Source: a virus (taxonomy: Duplodnaviria > Caudoviricetes). From it: DNA of 25,339 nt. Within the stretch, counting starts at the first letter, position 1. Every line of letters starts with the position of its first letter. Location: positions 1-25,339 of the IMG/VR virus record IMGVR_UViG_3300044911_002081. One strand, written 5' to 3'. Shown piece by piece: positions 8,553-16,309 of the stretch. Both the position numbers and the translations under genes were made by a program. The notes beneath the pieces were generated by a model. The model ran no database searches. It had not been told where the DNA came from and saw only the letters and a list, made by a program, of their open reading frames with translations.

Positions 8553-8777
8553 CTAGTTAGTGTCATTGGGGTCGAACCATCCATCACGTGAATTAGCTTC
8601 GCCGCATGCGGAACAAGTCCAGTACGCATACCACTCTGTGATTCCGTGAGAATACTCTTGTTCTACTGTAACGCTTTGCTCAAAGCGGCAAGGGTCATTG
8701 CCGCACTCTAGCTCCATGTCTCCTTTAGTTGAAGTTGACAGCGCTACTGGATCTCCTGCGTAGTACGAGTCACTCAT
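8553..8777 (-). CDS. Small Cys-containing protein
   Basis: CxxxxC...CSAC; ATGA overlap with the upstream gene. Confidence 0.6.
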   Translation of the reverse strand: MSDSYYAGDPVALSTSTKGDMELECGNDPCRFEQSVTVEQEYSHGITEWYAYWTCSACGEANSRDGWFDPNDTN

Positions 8778-8965
8778 GAGAGAGCTAGGGCATCGCAGAT
8801 AGGCAATGCATGTTGTCGCCATTGCTGGATAACTCTGTCTACAGACTCGGCGTAGCCAACCTGCTCCTTCATAACAAGCATCACCGCGTAGTCTGTTAGC
8901 GAAGTGTTTTTAGCTATCATGCAGTCGTCGATTTGGCGAGAGCAGTAGTCGCAGTATTCACCCAT
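8774..8965 (-). CDS. Hypothetical protein
   Basis: TAATG coupling to the upstream gene; CDYC. Confidence 0.6.
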   Translation of the reverse strand: MGEYCDYCSRQIDDCMIAKNTSLTDYAVMLVMKEQVGYAESVDRVIQQWRQHALPICDALALS

Positions 8966-9135
8966 TACAGAGCCTCCGCATGAGCTGGCTTCGATGCACG
9001 AAACTTAACAAGGAGGTCTGAAACTTCATGAGCTGCCTCATGCATGCCAAGGTTCTCGTACGTAGCTTTCTGCTTGCCAAGAGCGGCAAGGATAATTATT
9101 AAATCAGCATTATCAATTTTAATGTTGTATTCCAT
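8965..9135 (-). CDS. Hypothetical protein, 56 aa
   Basis: Promoter at 9159 and ATGACGAAAGGA box. Confidence 0.65.
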   Translation of the reverse strand: MEYNIKIDNADLIIILAALGKQKATYENLGMHEAAHEVSDLLVKFRASKPAHAEAL

Positions 9136-9171
9136 CGTGCGTCCTTTCGTCATTGAGTAAATTATATCAGG

Positions 9172-9393
9172 CTAGGTAAGCTTTTGGTCCAGTTCAACGA
9201 AGCTAATCGCCCACTTAGTAAGAGCTGCCTCGCTACGATTCTTGTGATGACCGCAGAGGTAGATCTCTCCGTTAGCTCCAGTAATCTTCCATACAGCGCG
9301 AGCAACACGGCACGAGTCGCATTCGACCCAGCTGGAAAAAGTTTCTTTCGCTTCTTGTTCGAGCTGGACTTCTTCTTCCACAATCGACTCCAT
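9172..9393 (-). CDS. Small zinc-binding protein
   Basis: CDSC...LCGHH; AAAGGAG RBS. Confidence 0.7.
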   Translation of the reverse strand: MESIVEEEVQLEQEAKETFSSWVECDSCRVARAVWKITGANGEIYLCGHHKNRSEAALTKWAISFVELDQKLT

Positions 9394-9471
9394 GACTCTC
9401 CTTTGTTAGAACGAAACTATCATACTTACAGAGAGAAGACCAGAGCAGCGAACTGCCCTGGCCTCTCCGCG

Positions 9472-9714
9472 TTAAGCTGAGTAAGCGATTGTGTAACCTT
9501 TGTCGAGCTTTGATTGGATCTTATCCATCGCTGCCCAACGTGCTCCTTGTGCGCTTGAAAACGTTTTTACCTGACGTTGGCGACTTGGCTTCTCTGCCAT
9601 TCCCCACACTGCGGTAAACGAATTTCCATCAACTGAAAGTTCGTAAACTTTCTTCTTTCCTAGAGCTCCGCGTGTTCCATCGGATACTTTTACTAGGCAC
9701 CATTTTGTCTGCAC
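9472..9714 (-). CDS. WGR-domain protein
   Basis: KVYELSV...AVWG...F.SA..A...KI.SKLDKGY; GTG start after the ACGGAAGGA box. Confidence 0.75.
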   Translation of the reverse strand: MQTKWCLVKVSDGTRGALGKKKVYELSVDGNSFTAVWGMAEKPSRQRQVKTFSSAQGARWAAMDKIQSKLDKGYTIAYSA

Positions 9715-9810
9715 TTTGTGTCCTTCCGTCGTTTTCACCGGTTGTGGTGATAAGCTAATTATATCAGGTAAATCAGGAAGATAGTGCCATACCCACCAGT
9801 AACTTAGCTA

Positions 9811-9840
9811 AAGGTACCCTACTGGTGAGTAGGGTACCTT
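9811..9840. repeat. 13-bp perfect inverted repeat (probable terminator or operator)
   Basis: AAGGTACCCTACT-GGTG-AGTAGGGTACCTT. Confidence 0.7.
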
Positions 9841-9851
9841 CAACTAGGTAC

Positions 9852-10328
9852 TTAGTATGTATCTGGGAGAGTTTCCTTTAGCTCATCAAACTCACCGCTG
9901 AGGATTCTGTTTTGGACTTCTTCATCTGTGATGAGACCATAAGCCCAGAAAGTACTTTCTTTATTTAGGATATCTTGGAGGAAGTATAGGTATCTTTCTT
10001 CATCTTCATCCACTGATTCTGGGGATAGGTACTCGATACCATCAATCTCTTCATAGCCACCGATATCTAGGTGGTGGTAAGTATTATCTGGGTACCGAAG
10101 GAGGAACCCTTGACCATCATGCATTGCTATTACTACTGCTGTGTCTTGGGGTAGAGAAGGGTGCCAATACTGAATTGTGCCATCAAATTCCTTGATGCCA
10201 CCCTCAACTCGGTCTTCATCATTGATTCCTGCAAATCCTATGTTGCTGTAGATCTCTGAGAATGGTTTTCCTGGGACATCTTTGAATACTTGGTTAAAGA
10301 TTTCTGAGGGTGTTTGTTGATTCAACAT
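9852..10328 (-). CDS. Acidic hypothetical protein
   Basis: Long ORF behind the promoter at 10360. Confidence 0.75.
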   Translation of the reverse strand: MLNQQTPSEIFNQVFKDVPGKPFSEIYSNIGFAGINDEDRVEGGIKEFDGTIQYWHPSLPQDTAVVIAMHDGQGFLLRYPDNTYHHLDIGGYEEIDGIEYLSPESVDEDEERYLYFLQDILNKESTFWAYGLITDEEVQNRILSGEFDELKETLPDTY

Positions 10329-10403
10329 TAGAGGTTCCAATCATTAGTAGTTAGTAAGATAATTATATCAGGTAGAACTATATAATAGTACTACATTTGA
10401 AGA

Positions 10404-10664
10404 CTATTCTTCCCAGAGCTCAGACCGGAGTGCCGCTTCATATAGATCACCCCGGTAGGAATTTGAACCGAAGGAGATGTCCTCCTCCATGAGCTTGTTC
10501 AGGGACAGGACTGCGGTATGACCCTCAGCCTCGAACATGATGACCAGCTTCATATCAGATTCGTTTGCGTCATCAACTACCGCAACCTTGAAGGGTAGCC
10601 CAGCTACTCCATTGCGATGATAGTCCGCATCAACAATCTGAAGTTTGTTTGGATCTAAGCTCAT
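10404..10664 (-). CDS. Hypothetical protein (HRNGVAG.PF motif)
   Basis: ATGA overlap with the upstream gene. Confidence 0.7.
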   Translation of the reverse strand: MSLDPNKLQIVDADYHRNGVAGLPFKVAVVDDANESDMKLVIMFEAEGHTAVLSLNKLMEEDISFGSNSYRGDLYEAALRSELWEE

Positions 10665-10828
10665 TTCTTTTCTTTCCTCTCGGGTCTGCGGTCTGATATC
10701 TCGTGAACCAGGACGTCTTTTCCATGTTTGTGAAGCCACGCCTTAGCGACGTCTTCATTCACGAACTGACCAAGCCACTTGCCATCAGCATCGTACACAT
10801 TTACAAGTTCGTACAGTGGGTTACTCAT
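10661..10828 (-). CDS. Hypothetical protein, 55 aa
   Basis: Overlaps both neighbours in operon fashion. Confidence 0.55.
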   Translation of the reverse strand: MSNPLYELVNVYDADGKWLGQFVNEDVAKAWLHKHGKDVLVHEISDRRPERKEKK

Positions 10829-11426
10829 TATTTGGTCGATTCTCTCTTTTAATAACTTTGTAAGCTTTGCTCTGTCCAGTCTTAGTTTCCTTGTAACCGT
10901 ACCGAGTAAATCTAAACTGTATCGCGCCATGGGTAATACCCAGAAGCTTTGCAAGACGGTAGACGCTCACACCTTGCTGAGTATGAGCTTCCCAGAGGAG
11001 AGCGGTATACTCCTCAGCTTCAGCTCTTCCTTTTGTGTGGTCCCACCGAATCGATTGTGCGATTGGCTGTAGCTCTTTTAGTCGAGCAAGAGTTTCTGGC
11101 TTCGGTTCTGTATGCTCCGCTCCGGAGTACACTATAACTTCTTCAGTCGGTAACTCTGGAACTGGATAGCTTCCTGGAGCTTGCTGCACTAGGTACACCA
11201 ACTCGGGGATAGCTTGAGTTTCAAGTTGTCGCACCCGCTCGCGTGTAACTCCTAATGAGTCTCCCACAGCTTGAAGCGTCCAGCCTTTAGCTCGAAGAGC
11301 GTAGATGTAAGCCGCACGTAGTTCTCTTTCCTTCGCAGGAATAAGACCGAGCGCAGTAGCAACTACGCTAGGTAGTGTGAGATGCTGACGCTGCTGCACC
11401 AAAGATTTCTTATAGATTCTTTTCAT
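10821..11426 (-). CDS. Tandem HTH protein (sigma70 region-4-like)
   Basis: WTLQAVGDSLGVTRERVRQLE, and a second HTH VSVYRLAKLLGITHGAI. Confidence 0.8.
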   Translation of the reverse strand: MKRIYKKSLVQQRQHLTLPSVVATALGLIPAKERELRAAYIYALRAKGWTLQAVGDSLGVTRERVRQLETQAIPELVYLVQQAPGSYPVPELPTEEVIVYSGAEHTEPKPETLARLKELQPIAQSIRWDHTKGRAEAEEYTALLWEAHTQQGVSVYRLAKLLGITHGAIQFRFTRYGYKETKTGQSKAYKVIKRENRPNNE

Positions 11427-11584
11427 TAGTTGTGATTCAAGAAATCTTCAAGTGCCTGGTCGATAGCGTCCTTCACTAATTCGGAAAGCTTTGCCAGCTC
11501 TTCGAAAGAGAATGTTCGCTCTGTCATTTCTTCGAGGTCCTCAACAGAGAGACTTGAAACGTAAACCATTTTGCTTTTACTCAC
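11426..11584 (-). CDS. Small acidic protein, 52 aa
   Basis: Hand-translated; GTG start after the ACGACGAAAGGA box; TAATG coupling to the next gene. Confidence 0.65.
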   Translation of the reverse strand: MSKSKMVYVSSLSVEDLEEMTERTFSFEELAKLSELVKDAIDQALEDFLNHN

Positions 11585-11622
11585 GGTAGTCCTTTCGTCG
11601 TTTGTTGGTTAATTATAACATG

Positions 11623-11925
11623 TTACACTAGAAAATGTACACGTATTTGGTGCTCGACAGTAGCGAGTGCGATAGGCGACTCTCCGCCTACATGCCAATG
11701 ATACATTTCATCGAGTTCAGGCGTCCCATCTTCGTAACGCTTCCAGTCATAGATAGTTGCGACAGTTCCGTCGTCAAACTTAAGACACCATTCAGTGGTT
11801 ACCTTGTCGCCTTCACCGTAGTACTCAGGTTCGCCGAATACTTCGACGAGCTTACGCAGAGTAGTCTCTGTGTACCCTTGAAGGGAAGTCCCTACGGATG
11901 CTTCAAGATCTTTTGTAAACTTCAT
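11623..11925 (-). CDS. Phage hypothetical protein
   Basis: GTSLQG...FGEP...DKVTTEW...TIYDWK...WHVGG; promoter and start box upstream. Confidence 0.8.
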   Translation of the reverse strand: MKFTKDLEASVGTSLQGYTETTLRKLVEVFGEPEYYGEGDKVTTEWCLKFDDGTVATIYDWKRYEDGTPELDEMYHWHVGGESPIALATVEHQIRVHFLV

Positions 11926-11979
11926 TGTGTTTCCTTTCGTCGTTGTAAGTTAATTATATCATATAGGTATGACAAGTAA

Positions 11980-11997
11980 GGGCGCCTTTCGGCGCCC
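11980..11997 (-). terminator. GAAA-loop hairpin, probable terminator
   Basis: GGGCGCC-GAAA-GGCGCCC just after the stop of 12007..12261. Confidence 0.6.
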
Positions 11998-12006
11998 CTA
12001 CCTGCT

Positions 12007-12261
12007 TTAGTCTTCTATGTCTTGGATTGACTCGTTTAGAAGCTCTGTGAACTTTGTGCGGAACTCTTCGACTGCGGTATGAATTACAGCCTCGATGTCG
12101 AGAGACTTTAGGAAGTCTTCGATTTCAACTTCGCCTGCGAGGCTGAACATTTCTTCCTTAACGAGGAACTTTAGCTCACCATCAGCGTCGCGGTCTGCGG
12201 CGTCGATAATCTGCTGCACTGCGTTCTCACCGAGCGAGAGGCTGTTTGTCATGCTGGTCAT
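12007..12261 (-). CDS. Acidic hypothetical protein
   Basis: GGATTGGAG RBS; promoter at 12293. Confidence 0.75.
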   Translation of the reverse strand: MTSMTNSLSLGENAVQQIIDAADRDADGELKFLVKEEMFSLAGEVEIEDFLKSLDIEAVIHTAVEEFRTKFTELLNESIQDIED

Positions 12262-12370
12262 TTGGATCTCCAATCCGTAGGTGTTGTTAGGTTAATTATA
12301 TCATGGTTTTTAATAAATGCCTACGCGAAACGCGCGGCATGCAGAGCAGAGGCCGCGCGGACGCGATAGT

Positions 12371-12727
12371 TTATTCGAACGTGTCGACGTCGATTTGAGT
12401 TTCGAGGTTATACGAAAGTTCGGCGAAGTCAGTGTAGAGAGCGTAAACGTTATTTTCGAGCGGAACGAAAGTTTCGTTGTCGTCGAATTCGTCGAAGCCG
12501 GAATGGCCGATGAAGTGGTCAAGATGTTCGGCAGGGATGTTCAGGATTTGATAATCGTTGTAGCCGGCATTGACGGTGGAAACGAGTGTGATAGGCGAGT
12601 TAGGAAAGCGTTCGGCAAGAAATTGTAGAGCTACGGCGACGCAGAAAGCGTCGTTGAGCTTGACGTCGTGATTTGAGAGTGCAGGCATAGTTGCAGTTGT
12701 TTTTACGAAATCGTTTGCATTTTGCAT
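12371..12727 (-). CDS. Acidic protein, island family A
   Basis: Own promoter; MQNxNDF and LENxVY shared with 13171..13464. Confidence 0.8.
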   Translation of the reverse strand: MQNANDFVKTTATMPALSNHDVKLNDAFCVAVALQFLAERFPNSPITLVSTVNAGYNDYQILNIPAEHLDHFIGHSGFDEFDDNETFVPLENNVYALYTDFAELSYNLETQIDVDTFE

Positions 12728-12793
12728 GAAAGGCCCCTTTGTTTGTTTTTGTAATAATTGAATTATATCATGTTTAATTATAAATACGAACGT

Positions 12794-13063
12794 TTATAAA
12801 ATGTTAATTTCGTCGAGGAGTGCAGTTGGCAAGTGGGAAGCGCAGAAGGCGACGGAAGAGTCGATTGTGTAGAACGGAGTCGTAATGTTGAAGCTGGCAG
12901 AGCAAGCGTCGCAAGAAATGAGTGTGTCGTTTGTTTTTGCGAGAAGAAGAGAGAATTCAGAAAAGTCGAAGTCGATTTCAGAGTCGACGTAATCAGTAGT
13001 GAAGTCGATTTTTGCGTATGAGTCGTAATTGTTATTACGGATATTTGTTTGTGTGGTTGTCAT
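12794..13063 (-). CDS. Acidic Cys/His protein, island family B
   Basis: Own promoter and TTGGAG RBS; CxSHxPxALxDxIxxL terminus shared with 13567..13845. Confidence 0.8.
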   Translation of the reverse strand: MTTTQTNIRNNNYDSYAKIDFTTDYVDSEIDFDFSEFSLLLAKTNDTLISCDACSASFNITTPFYTIDSSVAFCASHLPTALLDEINIL

Positions 13064-13136
13064 GAAAATCTCCAATTCGTAATTTGTAATAAGTTAATTA
13101 TATCATGTTTATTATGTTTTTTGTAAATACGCGAAG

Positions 13137-13162
13137 GGCCGCGCAGTTGTGAGCTGCGCGGC
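13137..13162 (-). terminator. GC hairpin between island genes
   Basis: GCCGCGCAG/CTGCGCGGC stem, then a T-rich tail on the minus strand. Confidence 0.6.
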
Positions 13163-13170
13163 GCGAGCGT

Positions 13171-13464
13171 TTAGATGTAATCAGGAAACAGAGATTGAAG
13201 TTTAGAAATCGCAGCAGGGTTGAGATTTGCAGCGATTTCAGAAGGATTAGCGAGAAAAGAATAAACGTCGTTTTCGAGTTTTTCGTCAGTATCGGCGTTA
13301 AAGTAAAGATCGAGAAAGCCAGATGAGTCGGCAGGGATACGGAAAGTCATGTAGGTGTCGTAAGAGTTAGGGTACGAAGTATTTATGTATTCGATGTTTG
13401 TAAAGCCGGATTCAGAAATAAATTCAAAAGCTACGGAAGACGCGAAGTCGTTTGTGTTTTGCAT
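13171..13464 (-). CDS. Acidic protein, island family A
   Basis: Own promoter and TTGGAG RBS. Confidence 0.8.
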   Translation of the reverse strand: MQNTNDFASSVAFEFISESGFTNIEYINTSYPNSYDTYMTFRIPADSSGFLDLYFNADTDEKLENDVYSFLANPSEIAANLNPAAISKLQSLFPDYI

Positions 13465-13534
13465 GATGAAATCTCCAATTCGTTAGTTTGTAATATGTTT
13501 ATTATATCATGTTTATAATAAAATAAATACGAAA

Positions 13535-13554
13535 GGCCCAGCGTGAGCTGGGCC
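13535..13554 (-). terminator. GC hairpin between island genes
   Basis: GGCCCAGC/GCTGGGCC stem, then TTTCGTATTTATTTT. Confidence 0.7.
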
Positions 13555-13566
13555 AGTCGCGGCAGG

Positions 13567-13845
13567 TTACAGGGCTGCGATAAAGTCGCGGAGAGCTTGT
13601 GGCTGATGTGACAGGCAGTTAGTCATGATGGACTGGACAGGCGAGTCGTCGAGGAACGAAATTGACGGCAAGGTTTTTTTGTTGCAGTCGTCGAATTCGC
13701 AGTCGTAGTCAGTGTCAGTGAAGTTGATTTGGACGTTGTAGACGTCGTTGTTTTCGGCAGCGTCAAGGTCGTTGAAAAGCATTGGGTCGATTTCAAGAAC
13801 GAGTGCGTCAGCGGTTTTTTCGATGATTTTGATTTGTGCGGACAT
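13567..13845 (-). CDS. Acidic Cys/His protein, island family B
   Basis: Own promoter and GGAG RBS. Confidence 0.8.
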   Translation of the reverse strand: MSAQIKIIEKTADALVLEIDPMLFNDLDAAENNDVYNVQINFTDTDYDCEFDDCNKKTLPSISFLDDSPVQSIMTNCLSHQPQALRDFIAAL

Positions 13846-13959
13846 GATGTCTCCAGTCGTTATATTAACGTATTCGTTAATAAATGAATTATATCATGTT
13901 TATAATAAAAATATTACGAAAAGCCAGAGCGTTTTCGCGCCCTGGCCTCTCGCAACAAC

Positions 13960-14181
13960 TTACTTTATTTCGCCATCTTCGTAATCTGGAAAAATCTCTG
14001 AGAGACTTTGGTAGAATTTTTCAGAAGGTGAAGCGGTAAGCTTAATTGTTGGCCAGCTATTCGCGCCGTTCGCGCTTTCCAAAATCTGAACTGAAATTAC
14101 TCCATCAATTCCTAGGAGATTTTCAACTGTTTGGTCTAGGCTGATCTCTTCAGTAACTACATCGAATTCATACATCTTCAT
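13960..14181 (-). CDS. Acidic hypothetical protein
   Basis: GATTGGAG RBS; promoter at 14222. Confidence 0.7.
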   Translation of the reverse strand: MKMYEFDVVTEEISLDQTVENLLGIDGVISVQILESANGANSWPTIKLTASPSEKFYQSLSEIFPDYEDGEIK

Positions 14182-14224
14182 CTTAAGCTCCAATCAACTT
14201 ATAACGTAATTCGTTATAAGTTAA

Positions 14225-14518
14225 TTATATCATGTTTTCAGGAGCAAAGCCGGTACTTAGCCGCTTTTCTAGCTCCTGCATCTTTTCAACGACTGCAATG
14301 TCCCAGTTAACATCTGTCCGGCACTTCGGGCAGTACTCTGGCCAGAAGTCATCAGGAGTAGATGTGTCGATGATGACGGTAGACTCGCCGCAGAAGAGCT
14401 CGGGACTTTGATCTCTAAAAAGAAACCAGTTAAGACGCTGGTCCTTTGTTAAAGAGTTCCACGGACGCCCTGGACCTTTACAGTCAAGAGTCATAAGGAC
14501 CGGTAGCTCGCCGCTCAC
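14225..14518 (-). CDS. Hypothetical Cys-containing protein
   Basis: GTGA overlap with the upstream gene; CPKC. Confidence 0.6.
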   Translation of the reverse strand: MSGELPVLMTLDCKGPGRPWNSLTKDQRLNWFLFRDQSPELFCGESTVIIDTSTPDDFWPEYCPKCRTDVNWDIAVVEKMQELEKRLSTGFAPENMI

Positions 14519-14697
14519 TGCACAAGCTCAGCTTCTGGGAACCAGCGGAAGAATGTGAAGAGCAGCTGGGCGTAATCGCCAGCCGTCATCTCTTCAGTGA
14601 AGGCCGCAATCTCATCGTGGCGACCTAGCTTCTTTAACTCGCGCTGACCTGCCGCAATGATGGCAAACGCGTTGCCGTCTGAAATCTGTACTGCCAT
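14515..14697 (-). CDS. Small phage protein (DGNAFAII...GDY..LL)
   Basis: ACGACGGAGGA box before the ATG. Confidence 0.75.
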   Translation of the reverse strand: MAVQISDGNAFAIIAAGQRELKKLGRHDEIAAFTEEMTAGDYAQLLFTFFRWFPEAELVQ

Positions 14698-14724
14698 GTT
14701 GTCCTCCGTCGTTTGAATGTTAGG

Positions 14725-14800
14725 ACGCGGCAGGAGCTGGGATTGTTTCGTGCCTTCTGCAGAAGGTGGTTGTTTGACCACCAGTGCTTCCCTGCCGCGT
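14725..14800 (-). ncRNA. Candidate structured 5' leader
   Basis: Closed by the 10-bp stem ACGCGGCAGG/CCTGCCGCGT; lies between the promoter at 14806 and the start box. Confidence 0.55.
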
Positions 14801-14818
14801 TGGTTTAATTATATCAGG

Positions 14819-15007
14819 TTACTCTGTCTCGATGTACACAGTAGAGCCGTGTTTCGTGATGATGTCCTCGAACTTGTCGCCTTCAATGGATTCAAGCTCG
14901 ATGCCTTCCGGCAAGTCTGATTCCTTGAGTACGAATACGTAGTCCGCATCCGAGCCAACCCACCAGTCACCGTTAGGTGACGCGTACCACACTCTTTCCG
15001 TAGCCAT
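14819..15007 (-). CDS. Hypothetical protein, 62 aa
   Basis: Start MATERVW directly after the upstream stop. Confidence 0.65.
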   Translation of the reverse strand: MATERVWYASPNGDWWVGSDADYVFVLKESDLPEGIELESIEGDKFEDIITKHGSTVYIETE

Positions 15008-15009
15008 GG

Positions 15010-15162
15010 TTAACCCACCTGGAACGCATCGCAATAGCGACATTGGTACCAGTCGCCAAGCTTTGAGTCTTCTACGTACTCGTGGATGTAGTCGTGCTGG
15101 TCATCGGTAGCGCAAAAGATATCGTCACCGCGCCGTATAAAGCTGCGTGCCTTTGTTTGCAT
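15010..15162 (-). CDS. Small CxxC protein, 50 aa (MQTKARSFIRRGDDIFC...QCRYCDAFQVG)
   Basis: Hand-translated; ACGACGAAAGGA box. Confidence 0.7.
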   Translation of the reverse strand: MQTKARSFIRRGDDIFCATDDQHDYIHEYVEDSKLGDWYQCRYCDAFQVG

Positions 15163-15185
15163 GGTCGTCCTTTCGTCGTTTAGGT

Positions 15186-15297
15186 GTTCAAGGGCCGCGG
15201 TGATACTTCGGCCAATCTTGCCAGAGGTCTCTTGCGAGACGTGGACTCGGGCGTCGCATGTTCCGCCTAGTTTAACTAGTGGCTAGCACCCTTGAAC
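15186..15297 (-). ncRNA. Candidate multi-stem 5' leader RNA
   Basis: Closing stem GTTCAAGGG/CCCTTGAAC; internal CTAGT/ACTAG, GGCG/CGCC and GTCTC-GCAA-GAGAC. Confidence 0.6.
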
Positions 15298-15304
15298 GAG
15301 TTAA

Positions 15305-16225
15305 TTATATCAGGTTGTACTGCTTTTGGACCACATCTGTGACCGAACGGTAAGCCTTGTCCAGCTTGGACTGGATGGTTGCCCATAGGGAGTCGTATGT
15401 TCCACCTTCTGAGAGGGACTGAGTCCACTTAGACGCCACCGCAACCGTTGCTGCTGATGTTCCAAGCACAAGGGTGTTTGACCCATCAAGCAAAGTCGTG
15501 TTGTGACGGCCTAAAGCGTAGAGATCTAGGTCCGCGCCACCGTTAGAGTTTGGCATGATTGGATACACCCAACCGGTGACTGCACGAATCGTGTAGCGCG
15601 TATCCGTTGCTCCTACCGTAATTGCTTCTGGTATACATGCCGGATAGTCAACTTTGATTTGGTTCGAACGGTTGCCCGCTGCTGTGAACACACCAATGTT
15701 GCTTGCCTTAAGCTCTACAATACGAGACTGCAGTGGAGTTTCAATAGGGCATGCCGCTTCTTTGTACGCCCGTCCCATTGAGATAGAGACTGCACCGACG
15801 TTTAGTCGAGCTGAGTTAGCCGCAACCCAATCAAGAGCAAGCTGCACCGCTTTGGTTGTGTACGTATTGGCGAAGCCTTTGTCCGACTTGCCGATGATAC
15901 GAATCAACACGAATCTAGCAGAAGGGTTGACCGCGTTAGCTACCGACGCCATCTGCGTGCCGTGATTAAACGTCCTGTCCTTAGCTCCGTCCGTTGCCGC
16001 TAGTGCTGCTGCACCTGGGCCAGTCATTGATGCTTGCCCGTTAGGACACTTGCCGTGCTCGATAAAGCATGCCTCATCAACTACCTTGCCCGCAAAGAAC
16101 GGGAGCTGCGTGTTGAATCCGGAGTCAATGATGACTAGAGTCTTTGGTTGCGTTGCCTGCGCTGATGGAGTCAGCCCTGCCGCAAGAGCAAGAATGATTC
16201 CGGTGATTGCTAGTTTGGTTTTCAT
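15305..16225 (-). CDS. Secreted subtilisin-like (S8) serine protease
   Basis: Signal peptide; IIDSG, HGTQMA, AAGN and GTSAAT catalytic motifs. Confidence 0.9.
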   Translation of the reverse strand: MKTKLAITGIILALAAGLTPSAQATQPKTLVIIDSGFNTQLPFFAGKVVDEACFIEHGKCPNGQASMTGPGAAALAATDGAKDRTFNHGTQMASVANAVNPSARFVLIRIIGKSDKGFANTYTTKAVQLALDWVAANSARLNVGAVSISMGRAYKEAACPIETPLQSRIVELKASNIGVFTAAGNRSNQIKVDYPACIPEAITVGATDTRYTIRAVTGWVYPIMPNSNGGADLDLYALGRHNTTLLDGSNTLVLGTSAATVAVASKWTQSLSEGGTYDSLWATIQSKLDKAYRSVTDVVQKQYNLI

Positions 16226-16309
16226 GTTCGTCCTTTGTTTGTCGTTTGTCATTAAGTTAGCTCCGGTGCAGGTATGCTTTGACGGAAGAGTTCCCGCACC
16301 GGAATGTTG

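Noticed and set aside
11950-14240. CRISPR array or integron attC cassettes
   Set aside because: The repeats are only ~13 bp, spaced 300-470 bp apart by full genes. There are no consistent RYYYAAC/GTTRRRY ends and no cas or integrase gene in the window.
14725-14800. Hammerhead ribozyme
   Set aside because: CGAAAC is present, but the CUGANGA core is not (CUGGUGG) and the stems do not fit the topology.
16262-16301. Terminator between the VWA and subtilase genes
   Set aside because: The TCCGGTGC/GCACCGGA arms enclose a long, poorly paired interior and lack a U-tract, so termination is not supported.
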